Shown here: one piece after another, positions 10,618-18,219 of the stretch | Layout: every line of letters begins with the position of its first letter | How positions within the stretch are numbered: position 1 is the stretch's first letter | Virus record (IMG/VR): IMGVR_UViG_3300028887_000006 | Source of the DNA: an uncultured virus (IMG/VR IMGVR_UViG_3300028887_000006) | Lineage: Duplodnaviria; Heunggongvirae; Uroviricota; Caudoviricetes | DNA: 20,000 bases | Strand: one strand, 5' to 3' | Made by a program: the position numbers and the translations under genes | The notes under the pieces: generated by a model | The model's input: only the letters and a program-made list of their open reading frames with translations | What the model was told of the DNA's origin: nothing | Databases searched by the model: none

Positions 10618-11405
10618 TACATTCCCCCACCCATTTTACCACGAATCCACAACAACGGATTACCGTCAAGTGAATCGTGTTTGTTGCGTTTAGAGTCGAT
10701 GTTCTTTGCTTTACGGAAGAAGAAGGGTTCTTCCCCTGTCAGCAACTGTTGTCTTTGCATATCTCCATTCAGATATCCGTTTAATCTCTGTGCCAAAAAT
10801 ACCTTAAACCAGTCCACGAATTCCACTGGGAATACTGCTTCGTCAACATCTGCCACATATTTTATACGCAATCTCTTATTGTTAGCATATATAACAGTAC
10901 CGATTGTTGTATAATCAGCAAGTATGTTTATTTGTTCAGCAGGGAAAGCGGCAATATAACCAAGCAAATCTGTTGGCAATAATGTTGCTCTTGTGTAATT
11001 CCCTACTGTTTTGGCTTCGTTTATGCCCGTAAGAGAGATTTCTTGAGCCGTATCTGTGTTATCTATGTATTCCAAGTATATCGTCTGTGTGTCGATATAA
11101 ATCTTGTTTTCATCGTTTACGTATTCTGTTATCTGTTCGGTCTTTGTGTCGTCTGTGTATATTGTAAAAGCAGATGAAGGCTTTCTGTCCGCAGGGAACG
11201 CAACCACGTATTCAAATGTCGGAACTACAGTGTATTTAAACGCCCAAGACCACTGATACATTGTCAATGCAACTTTCTTTGCCAACGCATACTGGGTATT
11301 TATGATTTCAATATCTGTGTTACTAGTATCTGTCCAGTCAGTGATGGTTTCATGGTTTAATTCCATGAGAGCAAGATTTTTGATTTCATTGGCTGTAAAT
11401 GCCAT
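10617..11405 (-). CDS. tail tubular protein A / adaptor (T7 gp11-like)
   Basis: N-terminal EIKNLALMEL...I, YQWSWAFK, LPTD and C-terminal FP..F......LA.RL patterns typical of gp11-like adaptors. Confidence 0.8.
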   Translation of the reverse strand: MAFTANEIKNLALMELNHETITDWTDTSNTDIEIINTQYALAKKVALTMYQWSWAFKYTVVPTFEYVVAFPADRKPSSAFTIYTDDTKTEQITEYVNDENKIYIDTQTIYLEYIDNTDTAQEISLTGINEAKTVGNYTRATLLPTDLLGYIAAFPAEQINILADYTTIGTVIYANNKRLRIKYVADVDEAVFPVEFVDWFKVFLAQRLNGYLNGDMQRQQLLTGEEPFFFRKAKNIDSKRNKHDSLDGNPLLWIRGKMGGGM

Positions 11406-11415
11406 GGCTTACTCC

Positions 11416-11655
11416 TTATTCAAACTCTTCTGGTTGTGGTCTTGGGTCTTTTATTTCTGTATAATCTTCAATCTTTACACTCACATCATGAATATATACA
11501 GAATCAAATAATTCGCCGTCTTTTGTAAAGACCATACCTTCATCTGGCGTATAAAATGTATTTTCTTGCACAACTTCCATTCCTTGTGGTATTTTATCAC
11601 AATATACAACGGATATACCATTTAATTTGCCTAAGTACGCTTTATGTTCTTTCAT
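11416..11655 (-). CDS. small hypothetical protein, possibly fibre/adhesin-associated
   Basis: 79 aa, RBS AAGGAATATAACG, tightly packed after the LRR gene. Confidence 0.6.
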   Translation of the reverse strand: MKEHKAYLGKLNGISVVYCDKIPQGMEVVQENTFYTPDEGMVFTKDGELFDSVYIHDVSVKIEDYTEIKDPRPQPEEFE

Positions 11656-11666
11656 CGTTATATTCC

Positions 11667-12521
11667 TTATTCTGTTGCAGGTAAGTCAAAAGCCAAGTGT
11701 ATATAACTAGCATCACCACCAAATGTCGGATAACCAGTTAAGGTCGAAGCATCGAATGTATGATTCGGGTCTGATGGGTCAAAGTTCGATGGAAAATGAA
11801 TAGTACATCCGCCTGTTGCTTGTGAACCTGTGGAGGTATCACACAAATATCGGAGTTGTGTTTGTGAAGAAGCAAATGTAGATGCTTTAACTGCTCTAAA
11901 ATAAATATTTTGCAAAGTTTTACAACCATAAAAAATACTTAAATAAACATTTTGACCAAAACAAGATGTCCCAGATATTGTAGTTAATTTTGGAAAGTCT
12001 GCCGTAGTCAAACCACTACAACCCGAAAAAGCAGCAGCAAGGCAATAGTTACCTGTTAACTCTTCTAAATCATCCATATCTATTGTTGTTAAACCATAAC
12101 AATTATAAAAACAATAATTCAATGCGTACATGCCGCTTATAGTTTTAACATTATTCAAACCAGTAGAAGTTAAGTTTGTTTGACCATAAAAACAATATTG
12201 AAGTGCATATATACCAGATATCGTTGTTAAAGAATTAGCGTTCTTTAGTGCTGTTCCTGTTAAAGTTCCTCCAGTTATGTAAGAATAATAAGCGTATGCT
12301 AAAACATATGGAGATAAATCTGTTATACCAGTTAAATCGATAGTTTGATTACCATTTGTCAAAATATTATTTTGTTTACTTTTCACAACATAATAATCTG
12401 GTGCTGTTGTTGGAACTTGGACATCAGCAGAAGCATACCCTGCAACATCATGTGTGCCGTTGGTTGTAATCTGTTTTGTTCCGCTTGGTTTCTTTCCGCC
12501 TAATTGTGAATTTATAATCAT
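11667..12521 (-). CDS. BspA-like (TpLRR) leucine-rich-repeat protein, putative adhesin/receptor-binding protein
   Basis: Repeats of about 26 aa, L.TISG.YAL.YCFY.C..LT, four to five copies; N-terminal ITTNGTHDVAGYASADVQV linker. Confidence 0.75.
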   Translation of the reverse strand: MIINSQLGGKKPSGTKQITTNGTHDVAGYASADVQVPTTAPDYYVVKSKQNNILTNGNQTIDLTGITDLSPYVLAYAYYSYITGGTLTGTALKNANSLTTISGIYALQYCFYGQTNLTSTGLNNVKTISGMYALNYCFYNCYGLTTIDMDDLEELTGNYCLAAAFSGCSGLTTADFPKLTTISGTSCFGQNVYLSIFYGCKTLQNIYFRAVKASTFASSQTQLRYLCDTSTGSQATGGCTIHFPSNFDPSDPNHTFDASTLTGYPTFGGDASYIHLAFDLPATE

Positions 12522-12532
12522 AACTCAACCCC

Positions 12533-13543
12533 TTAGTTCAAGATTACAACATTAACAGATATGTTATTTGTTGGGTCTGTCGTGCAAGTAAATGTCAAAC
12601 TATTTGCGCCCTGTGCTATGCAAAGTATTTCTGCATCTGCATAATCTGATGCACTTGCCGATGCTGGCGATACGATAACAGTATTATCTGCCGTTACACC
12701 ACTCACAGTTTTTGTTTGACTATGAGATACCCAATCTGTTGAAACTAACGATATTGTACTTGTTTGCTGTGTTACTGCACCTATTTCTTGCGCTGTTGGT
12801 ACAGGTTGAGCATTTGTTCTTACCCAAGAATATGTAACAGTATCTTCCTCAACAGAACAAGTAAATGCAATCACATCTGCATCAACAGGTGTTCCTGTGA
12901 ATGTAAAGCCATGATCTACATAATCTTCGTTGTATTCAAAGAAAGTTGTTATAGTGTTATCTTCTGCATCTTTACCAACCAATGTCCAACCACCGCCAGC
13001 GGCATCGTATGTCATTGTTCCACTTACGATTGGCGTTGGGTCTGCACCTGCTTCTGTCAAGAAACTTGCAAAGTCATCGCCTGAGCAAGCAACCGTTGTG
13101 CTTGATAATGTTGCCGCTTCGAACGACACTGTGCCAGTGTATGTTGCACTTTTTTGGCATTCATAGATATATCCATGCGTATAACTAGCATCTGTTGCGC
13201 CTGTGAACAGATAAAAATATCCAAGATTATCAGCACTAGCTGTTGGCAAAACGTCTGCATTAACAACTTTAGACAAATCAACACTTCCACCTGCTTCAAC
13301 TTTTGTTACGGTTACAACACGGTTTGTTATATCAGTAACGATATATTCTTCGTCAGGATTTGTTTTTGTTTGTGGGATAACTGTAATTCTATCGCCTAAT
13401 TGTAAACCCAAAGATGCAGGGAAGAAACCAGGGTTGGTTACCGTGCTATTGTCCTTGTTGAAATATCTGTAATAGCAAACACCGCCAAAGATAGATTTTA
13501 CATTACTAGCATCTGAGCCAAAGTTATCAAGGTTGAAAGACAT
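12533..13543 (-). CDS. putative capsid fibre / extended decoration protein
   Basis: First 83 aa match the upstream 83-aa protein at 46/83 positions (hand alignment); followed by Thr-rich beta modules (LPTASADNLG..., C-terminal Ig-like segment); RBS AAAGGAG. Confidence 0.65.
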   Translation of the reverse strand: MSFNLDNFGSDASNVKSIFGGVCYYRYFNKDNSTVTNPGFFPASLGLQLGDRITVIPQTKTNPDEEYIVTDITNRVVTVTKVEAGGSVDLSKVVNADVLPTASADNLGYFYLFTGATDASYTHGYIYECQKSATYTGTVSFEAATLSSTTVACSGDDFASFLTEAGADPTPIVSGTMTYDAAGGGWTLVGKDAEDNTITTFFEYNEDYVDHGFTFTGTPVDADVIAFTCSVEEDTVTYSWVRTNAQPVPTAQEIGAVTQQTSTISLVSTDWVSHSQTKTVSGVTADNTVIVSPASASASDYADAEILCIAQGANSLTFTCTTDPTNNISVNVVILN

Positions 13544-13560
13544 GTTTTCTCCTTTATTGT

Positions 13561-13598
13561 TTTATCGAATCCCAACTAATTAGCCAGGATTCGACAAA
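13561..13598 (-). terminator. long RNA hairpin (stabiliser, processing site or weak terminator) after the capsid/decoration genes
   Basis: 17-bp stem with 4 G-U pairs that work only on the minus-strand RNA; loop AAUU; no U-tract follows. Confidence 0.55.
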
Positions 13599-13611
13599 GC
13601 AACAACGTACT

Positions 13612-13863
13612 TTAAGCAAACGCTGTTACGGTTACTGTACTGCCAGAAACAGCAGATACATAGTACCACGCATCAGCATTTGATAAAGTTGCTGGAATAA
13701 CACATATTCTGTCGCCTACTTTCAATCCCAAGTTGCCTGGGAAGTAGCCGGCTGTTGTTATTGTGTCGCCATCAGCGTTGAAATAACGATAGTAACATAC
13801 GCCACCCAAAATGGATTTTGCATTTGCTACTTCAGAACCAAAGTTTTGTAATTTAAAAGCCAT
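13612..13863 (-). CDS. putative capsid decoration protein
   Basis: 83 aa directly downstream of the MCP; D.ITTAGYF...L.VGD.I pattern seen in small post-capsid proteins of podoviruses; RBS AAAGGGGG. Confidence 0.65.
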   Translation of the reverse strand: MAFKLQNFGSEVANAKSILGGVCYYRYFNADGDTITTAGYFPGNLGLKVGDRICVIPATLSNADAWYYVSAVSGSTVTVTAFA

Positions 13864-13881
13864 TGTATCCCCCTTTCGTTA

Positions 13882-14724
13882 TTAAGCCGCTGCCAATTCG
13901 ATACCAACGATACCTTTATCATCGATAACTACAGAACCTGCTGAACACCAGAAGGAGTGATAGTAACCATGATATTGTGGTGTATCTGCTACGTGGACAT
14001 CACGGATTTTACCGATAAATGTACCGATAGCTTTCTTGTCGAACAAGAACGCCATTACACCACCGTTAGGGCCGGCTGGCAATTTGTAGTCTGGGTCTGC
14101 ACTTGCAACGAATTCCCAGTTGACACCCATCCATTTTTTAACTTCAGAGCCGGAAACCAATGGGCGATAGTCGTTGGTTAAGAAGTTTGTCCAAGTTGTA
14201 TCGTCTTCCATGTCCTGTTGCATTTTGGTTGGACCAACGATAGTCAATTCATCCATCGATACAGCGTTATCACGCAACAAACCTTTCGCTTCAGAGATAA
14301 TATCTGTGGACATTGGGTCTGTGTGATGGTCTAACAACATGTTAGTATCGTCAAAACCTGCGTTCAAAGCATCGATAACGATTTGACCGATACCACGGTT
14401 CAAAGCATAGACAGCATTGTCTGTGTTGACACGTGCTTCGTCAATATTCAATTTTGGTGCATTGCGATATTCGATAACGAAATCAACATACAAATCTTGT
14501 ACAGTAGCTGTAACAGGTGCGTATGTCATTTGTTGCGGAACACCGATTGCGCCTGGAACTAAACGTTGTGCGACAAATTTGCCAGACACAGCGAAACGAG
14601 CATCTTCCCCTTTTTCGCCTGAGCGGATTGTTGTACCAGCAATCAAGTTAGAAGATTTTTGTTGATAAGCTTCTTTGACTAAAGGGTCAAAGTAGGTAAT
14701 GTACATATCAAGGATTGAAGCCAT
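13882..14724 (-). CDS. major capsid protein
   Basis: 280 aa from MASILD (RBS AAAGGAGAATAAA); FD..VKEAYQQK.S.L, ARF..SGK, KWMGVNW and G.VVIDDKGIV motifs of podovirus HK97-fold capsids. Confidence 0.85.
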   Translation of the reverse strand: MASILDMYITYFDPLVKEAYQQKSSNLIAGTTIRSGEKGEDARFAVSGKFVAQRLVPGAIGVPQQMTYAPVTATVQDLYVDFVIEYRNAPKLNIDEARVNTDNAVYALNRGIGQIVIDALNAGFDDTNMLLDHHTDPMSTDIISEAKGLLRDNAVSMDELTIVGPTKMQQDMEDDTTWTNFLTNDYRPLVSGSEVKKWMGVNWEFVASADPDYKLPAGPNGGVMAFLFDKKAIGTFIGKIRDVHVADTPQYHGYYHSFWCSAGSVVIDDKGIVGIELAAA

Positions 14725-14771
14725 TTTATTCTCCTTTGTTTGGCTTGTTAAAGTTTTACAAAGGATATAAT

Positions 14772-14847
14772 GTCGGGCCAATTTAATTGTTTTGTGGGTC
14801 GTTTCCTTTCTTTAAAGAACCGTCGGGCCACTGATTTAAATCGGGTC
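14772..14847 (-). repeat. tandem GACCC-N12/15-TGGCCCGAC motif in the MCP 5' leader
   Basis: GTCGGGCCA at 14772-14780 and 14822-14830, each accompanied by GGGTC; GC-rich motifs in an AT-rich leader. Confidence 0.6.
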
Positions 14848-14865
14848 TTTATACCTTTCAAGTAG

Positions 14866-14895
14866 ATTATACGCACGATTTTTTATTAAAAGCAA
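14866..14895 (-). promoter_or_regulatory. putative promoter of the structural operon
   Basis: TTGCTT-18 nt-TATAAT about 140 nt upstream of the MCP start. Confidence 0.55.
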
Positions 14896-15019
14896 GTATT
14901 TTTTTGTTTTAATCCCTAAATAGTACGTATTATTCTTTCTTTTATATAATATATAATGTAAATGGTTGAAAGATACTTAAAAAAGAATCAAGTAAAAACA
15001 GATAGTTATACGAAAAAAC

Positions 15020-15063
15020 TTGCCTAAAAAAAGGCAAAAAAAAGGCAAAAAAAAGGCAAAAAA
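15020..15063. repeat. phased A-tract tandem repeat (A7-8 GGC)x3
   Basis: A7-GGC-A8-GGC-A8-GGC-A6, 11-bp period; overlaps the inverted repeat TTGCCT-A6-AGGCAA. Confidence 0.8.
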
Positions 15064-15081
15064 TAAATTTTAGGATGGATA

Positions 15082-15110
15082 TTGACAAGGAGAGAAGACG
15101 ATGATAATAT
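15082..15110 (+). promoter_or_regulatory. sigma70-type early promoter
   Basis: TTGACA-17 nt-TAATAT. Confidence 0.7.
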
Positions 15111-15165
15111 ATGTTTTGAAAGGATGATTGCGGCGCCAAAAGAGTTTCGGAAAAACCGAAAAGAT

Positions 15166-15204
15166 TACCCAGGAATACCGCAATTGTTTCTGGGTATTTT
15201 TTTT
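15166..15204 (+). terminator. intrinsic terminator/attenuator in the early leader
   Basis: Stem TACCCAGGAATA/TGTTTCTGGGTA, loop CCGCAAT, followed by T8, immediately before the RBS of the gene at 15219. Confidence 0.75.
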
Positions 15205-15218
15205 AAAGGAGAAAAAAG

Positions 15219-15809
15219 ATGGTAAACAAGACCACTAATTATCATTTTCTAACAGTTGGTATAGAACAACCAACAGAAACATCAAGTTACGCAGAAAAAT
15301 TAAAATACTTGGTAAAAATAGTAAATCCTGAATTTCCCAGTTATGATTTTATTTTGAGATTAGCATCATTTGCATCCTGTTCTGAACTATCAGCAACGCA
15401 GAAAGAAAAAGCGGATGAATTTATAAACTATTTCAAACGCTTAGGCTATTTTAATGAAATATTATATACAGAAGATAACGAATCCCACAAAAAAGTTTAT
15501 GATTTTTGCAAAGAAAACAATTTAAAACGTGTAAATATTCAGCAATTTATTGCAAATTTATATATTATTAAATTTAATGATTATGACTGGATATGGGGTT
15601 TTGATCCTGAGGGGCAAGAAGGAATTATTGACTGGAAAAAAGAGATAATTAAATACAACGAAAAACAAATAAAAGAAGGTATTAAATATTTAAAAACGTT
15701 TGGTTTAAAAGAATGGAACAAACCAATATTAAAAGGCGAAAAAGAAAGGTTTAAAGACCGATATATAGGCGATATTATTACTAAAAATGAATATTGTGAA
15801 GAACTGTAA
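15219..15809 (+). CDS. hypothetical early protein
   Basis: 196 aa, RBS AAAGGAG. Confidence 0.7.
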   Translation: MVNKTTNYHFLTVGIEQPTETSSYAEKLKYLVKIVNPEFPSYDFILRLASFASCSELSATQKEKADEFINYFKRLGYFNEILYTEDNESHKKVYDFCKENNLKRVNIQQFIANLYIIKFNDYDWIWGFDPEGQEGIIDWKKEIIKYNEKQIKEGIKYLKTFGLKEWNKPILKGEKERFKDRYIGDIITKNEYCEEL

Positions 15810-15830
15810 CAAATCAAGAAAGGATTTGTT

Positions 15831-16400
15831 ATGGAAGAAAAAACAGTATTTAAAAACAAATTAACAATAGATATTCGTGTTCTAACAGAATGTCAAAAGA
15901 AAATAGATAAAACGCGCTTTTATAAACTGATAAAGATGCTCAATTTGTCTATTTCTGCAGACAGTTTACACCCAGAACTAATGCAAGAACACGATAGTTA
16001 CTTTGAACCACGCACAGATGCGGAAAGGGATTTTTGGATATCGTGTAGAAATTTAGCAAAAAAAGACATGGAAGGGCTTATCAAAAAGGCTCATGGTGGA
16101 ATAAATAGCGCAGAAGTTCGTAGACAAAAGAAGCTCACAGAAGAAGAAAAACAAAAAGCATTAGATAAAGCGGTAAAATCTGTCGGTGCTGTCGGTAAAA
16201 ACGAAGTGATAATAACACCAGATTTCGAGTTGCCTAATAGTGAATACTTTGATTCTTACCGTAAAACATATACTGCTGACGAGTTAAAAAGAGTGGTTGA
16301 CTGGCTAAAAAAGACTAAATTGAACGAAAAAGTAGATTATATGTGGATAGGAAAACAGATACAAAACTTTAAAAAAAGAAATACTGGAAAAATATTTTAA
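15831..16400 (+). CDS. putative replication initiator-like protein (DUF1376/DUF6291-like organisation)
   Basis: 189 aa; helical N-domain ending KAHGGINSAEVRRQKK, a pattern common in phage replication proteins; small C-terminal helical domain. Confidence 0.4.
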   Translation: MEEKTVFKNKLTIDIRVLTECQKKIDKTRFYKLIKMLNLSISADSLHPELMQEHDSYFEPRTDAERDFWISCRNLAKKDMEGLIKKAHGGINSAEVRRQKKLTEEEKQKALDKAVKSVGAVGKNEVIITPDFELPNSEYFDSYRKTYTADELKRVVDWLKKTKLNEKVDYMWIGKQIQNFKKRNTGKIF

Positions 16401-16404
16401 AAAA

Positions 16405-16435
16405 CACTTGACTTTCTAAATCAAGTGATTATAAT
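16405..16435 (+). promoter_or_regulatory. promoter overlapped by a palindromic operator-like site
   Basis: TTGACT-16 nt-TATAAT; perfect inverted repeat CACTTGA-N9-TCAAGTG at 16405-16427. Confidence 0.65.
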
Positions 16436-16467
16436 AAGTGGTGTAGAAACAAAAAAAGGATGTTAAG

Positions 16468-16656
16468 ATGTTCGAGATCGTAAGAGAATACGAAAAACTA
16501 GGCTATGAGTTTTTAGGTTCTGTGCTTTTTAATCAGAAAGCATTGGAAGCTTATAGAAAATCAAACAAGCACGAAGCCATTAAGGTTGGTCGCTGTTTGG
16601 AAATCGTGGTATTGCACGATATTAAAAAAATCGTTGAATATGATTTTGGCGATTAA
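16468..16656 (+). CDS. hypothetical protein
   Basis: 62 aa, RBS AAAGGA. Confidence 0.7.
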   Translation: MFEIVREYEKLGYEFLGSVLFNQKALEAYRKSNKHEAIKVGRCLEIVVLHDIKKIVEYDFGD

Positions 16657-16682
16657 GTGTAAAAACAAAAAAGGATGTTAAG

Positions 16683-16952
16683 ATGAAAAGTACAAATCTT
16701 GAATATATGCAAAATGAATTAAAATACGCTTTCAAATGGATGGCTCGTGCCACAGATTTAGCAAAACAAGGAGAATTCTCTGGTGCAACTTACGCTATGA
16801 CAGTAGCTCAGCAACATTGGAATAACTGCCAGCATTGTCAAGACAAATATATAAACGATGACGATGCAAAACAAATACATTGGGATTTCTTCGCAACCAA
16901 AGCTATGGCTATGGCAAAAGAAGAATTAGCTAAAGAAAAAAAAGGAAAATAA
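16683..16952 (+). CDS. hypothetical protein
   Basis: 89 aa; near-identical leader/RBS to the preceding gene. Confidence 0.7.
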   Translation: MKSTNLEYMQNELKYAFKWMARATDLAKQGEFSGATYAMTVAQQHWNNCQHCQDKYINDDDAKQIHWDFFATKAMAMAKEELAKEKKGK

Positions 16953-16953
16953 T

Positions 16954-17475
16954 ATGTCAACATTATATGAAATGGATGAACAAATGAAGGCAATCGAAGC
17001 TATTTTGATTGCCAACGAAGACCCAAACACAGAAGAAATCTTGGAAAATGCAAAGATTGCGCTGGAACAGGACATCGAAAACAAGATGGAATCAATTTTG
17101 AAATACAAGGCCGATTGCGATGCTAAGGTTATAGCTATCAAGTCCGAAATAGAAAGATTGACTAAGAAAATCAAATCTCTGAATAATAAAAGCGACTTTT
17201 TGAAATCTTTGTGTTATTCGCATATGATTACCACAGGTAAGCAGAAAGCAGATTATGGCACATGGACATTATCAATAGCTAAAAAGCCTGCTAGCGTTAA
17301 ATTAACAGACGATGCAAGTGCATTGTTGCCGGATTGTTATTGCACAATTACTCGTACACCGAATAAAACAGCTATTAAAGAAGCTATGACCGATGGTGAA
17401 TTGTTTGTACAGGTTGGTGATAAGAAAATTGTCTTAGCAACACTGGAACAAGGCGATACAATAAGGATTAAGTAA
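16954..17475 (+). CDS. Siphovirus Gp157-family protein
   Basis: MSTLYEM start, long coiled coil (AIKSEIERL..K...NK...LK), TLSIAKKPASV and PNKTAIKEA motifs; next to the annealase. Confidence 0.8.
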   Translation: MSTLYEMDEQMKAIEAILIANEDPNTEEILENAKIALEQDIENKMESILKYKADCDAKVIAIKSEIERLTKKIKSLNNKSDFLKSLCYSHMITTGKQKADYGTWTLSIAKKPASVKLTDDASALLPDCYCTITRTPNKTAIKEAMTDGELFVQVGDKKIVLATLEQGDTIRIK

Positions 17476-17606
17476 TGAATAAGAGAACACACAGAGAAGA
17501 AGTTGTGCGCATCTTACAAGACATCCTTGCTATGCCAAATGCTCGTAGTGCTGCACAACACCAGTTATATATTTACAAAGCATCCTTGTTAACCAAAAGG
17601 AAATAA
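17475..17606 (+). CDS. small hypothetical protein (43 aa)
   Basis: TAATG overlap with the Gp157 stop; fills the gap to 17608 exactly (MNKRTHREEVVRILQDILAMPNARS...). Confidence 0.6.
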   Translation: MNKRTHREEVVRILQDILAMPNARSAAQHQLYIYKASLLTKRK

Positions 17607-17607
17607 T

Positions 17608-18219
17608 ATGGAAAAAACAAAAATAAATACAATTAACATTAAAGGGAAAGAATATGCAACCGTAGATTCTCGTGTTCAATTCTTCCGTGAAAAATATACA
17701 AATTGGTCTATTGAAACAGATTTTGTTGTACTTGATTTAGATAAAGGTGTTTGTGTATGTCGTGCTGTTGTAAAAGATGAAAACGGTAAAATTATGTCTG
17801 ATGGTTATGCTCATGAATGGCAAAGCAAACCAGGTTCTATGGTTAACAAAACATCTTACATAGAAAACGCACAAACTTCTGCTGTTGGTCGTGCGCTGGG
17901 ATTTATTGGTATTGGTATCAATGGTATTGGGATAGCAAGTGCAGAAGAAGTGTCAATAGCTATCGAACACCAACAAAATAATGACTTTCAAGTAACTGAC
18001 CAAACAATTAACGATGTTGTTGGAGATGAAATACCAGAAAAACGTTCACTGGTTAATGGTGTATCAAAAGAATGTCAAGAAGCTATTAACGATGCAGATA
18101 CTATGGTGGCATTACGTGCTGTCTATGATAAATATGCAACACTTGAACCGCTGCAAGATTTGAAAGATGCATGTGCAGCAAAAAAAGAATTGTTGCAAGT
18201 AATGCTGACTATGGGCTAA
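17608..18219 (+). CDS. Rad52/Sak-like single-strand annealing protein
   Basis: IKGKEYATVDSRV...G.AHE...VNKTSYIENAQTSAVGRALGFIGIG signature. Confidence 0.75.
   Translation: MEKTKINTINIKGKEYATVDSRVQFFREKYTNWSIETDFVVLDLDKGVCVCRAVVKDENGKIMSDGYAHEWQSKPGSMVNKTSYIENAQTSAVGRALGFIGIGINGIGIASAEEVSIAIEHQQNNDFQVTDQTINDVVGDEIPEKRSLVNGVSKECQEAINDADTMVALRAVYDKYATLEPLQDLKDACAAKKELLQVMLTMG

Noticed and set aside
463..14665. Many plus-strand ORFs of 60-216 aa opposite the structural genes
   Set aside because: Antisense shadows of long minus-strand genes; no convincing RBS; Ser/Phe/Ile-rich composition typical of reverse-frame translation.
14725..14781. 19-aa N-terminal extension of the MCP in the ORF track
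   Set aside because: A strong RBS (AAAGGAG) sits before the ATG at 14724; the upstream start lacks one and overlaps the leader motif.
15020..15063. CRISPR-like array
   Set aside because: 11-bp units with no unique spacers and no cas genes.
14942..15139. 65-aa minus-strand ORF
   Set aside because: Low-complexity translation of the A-tract repeats and promoter region.
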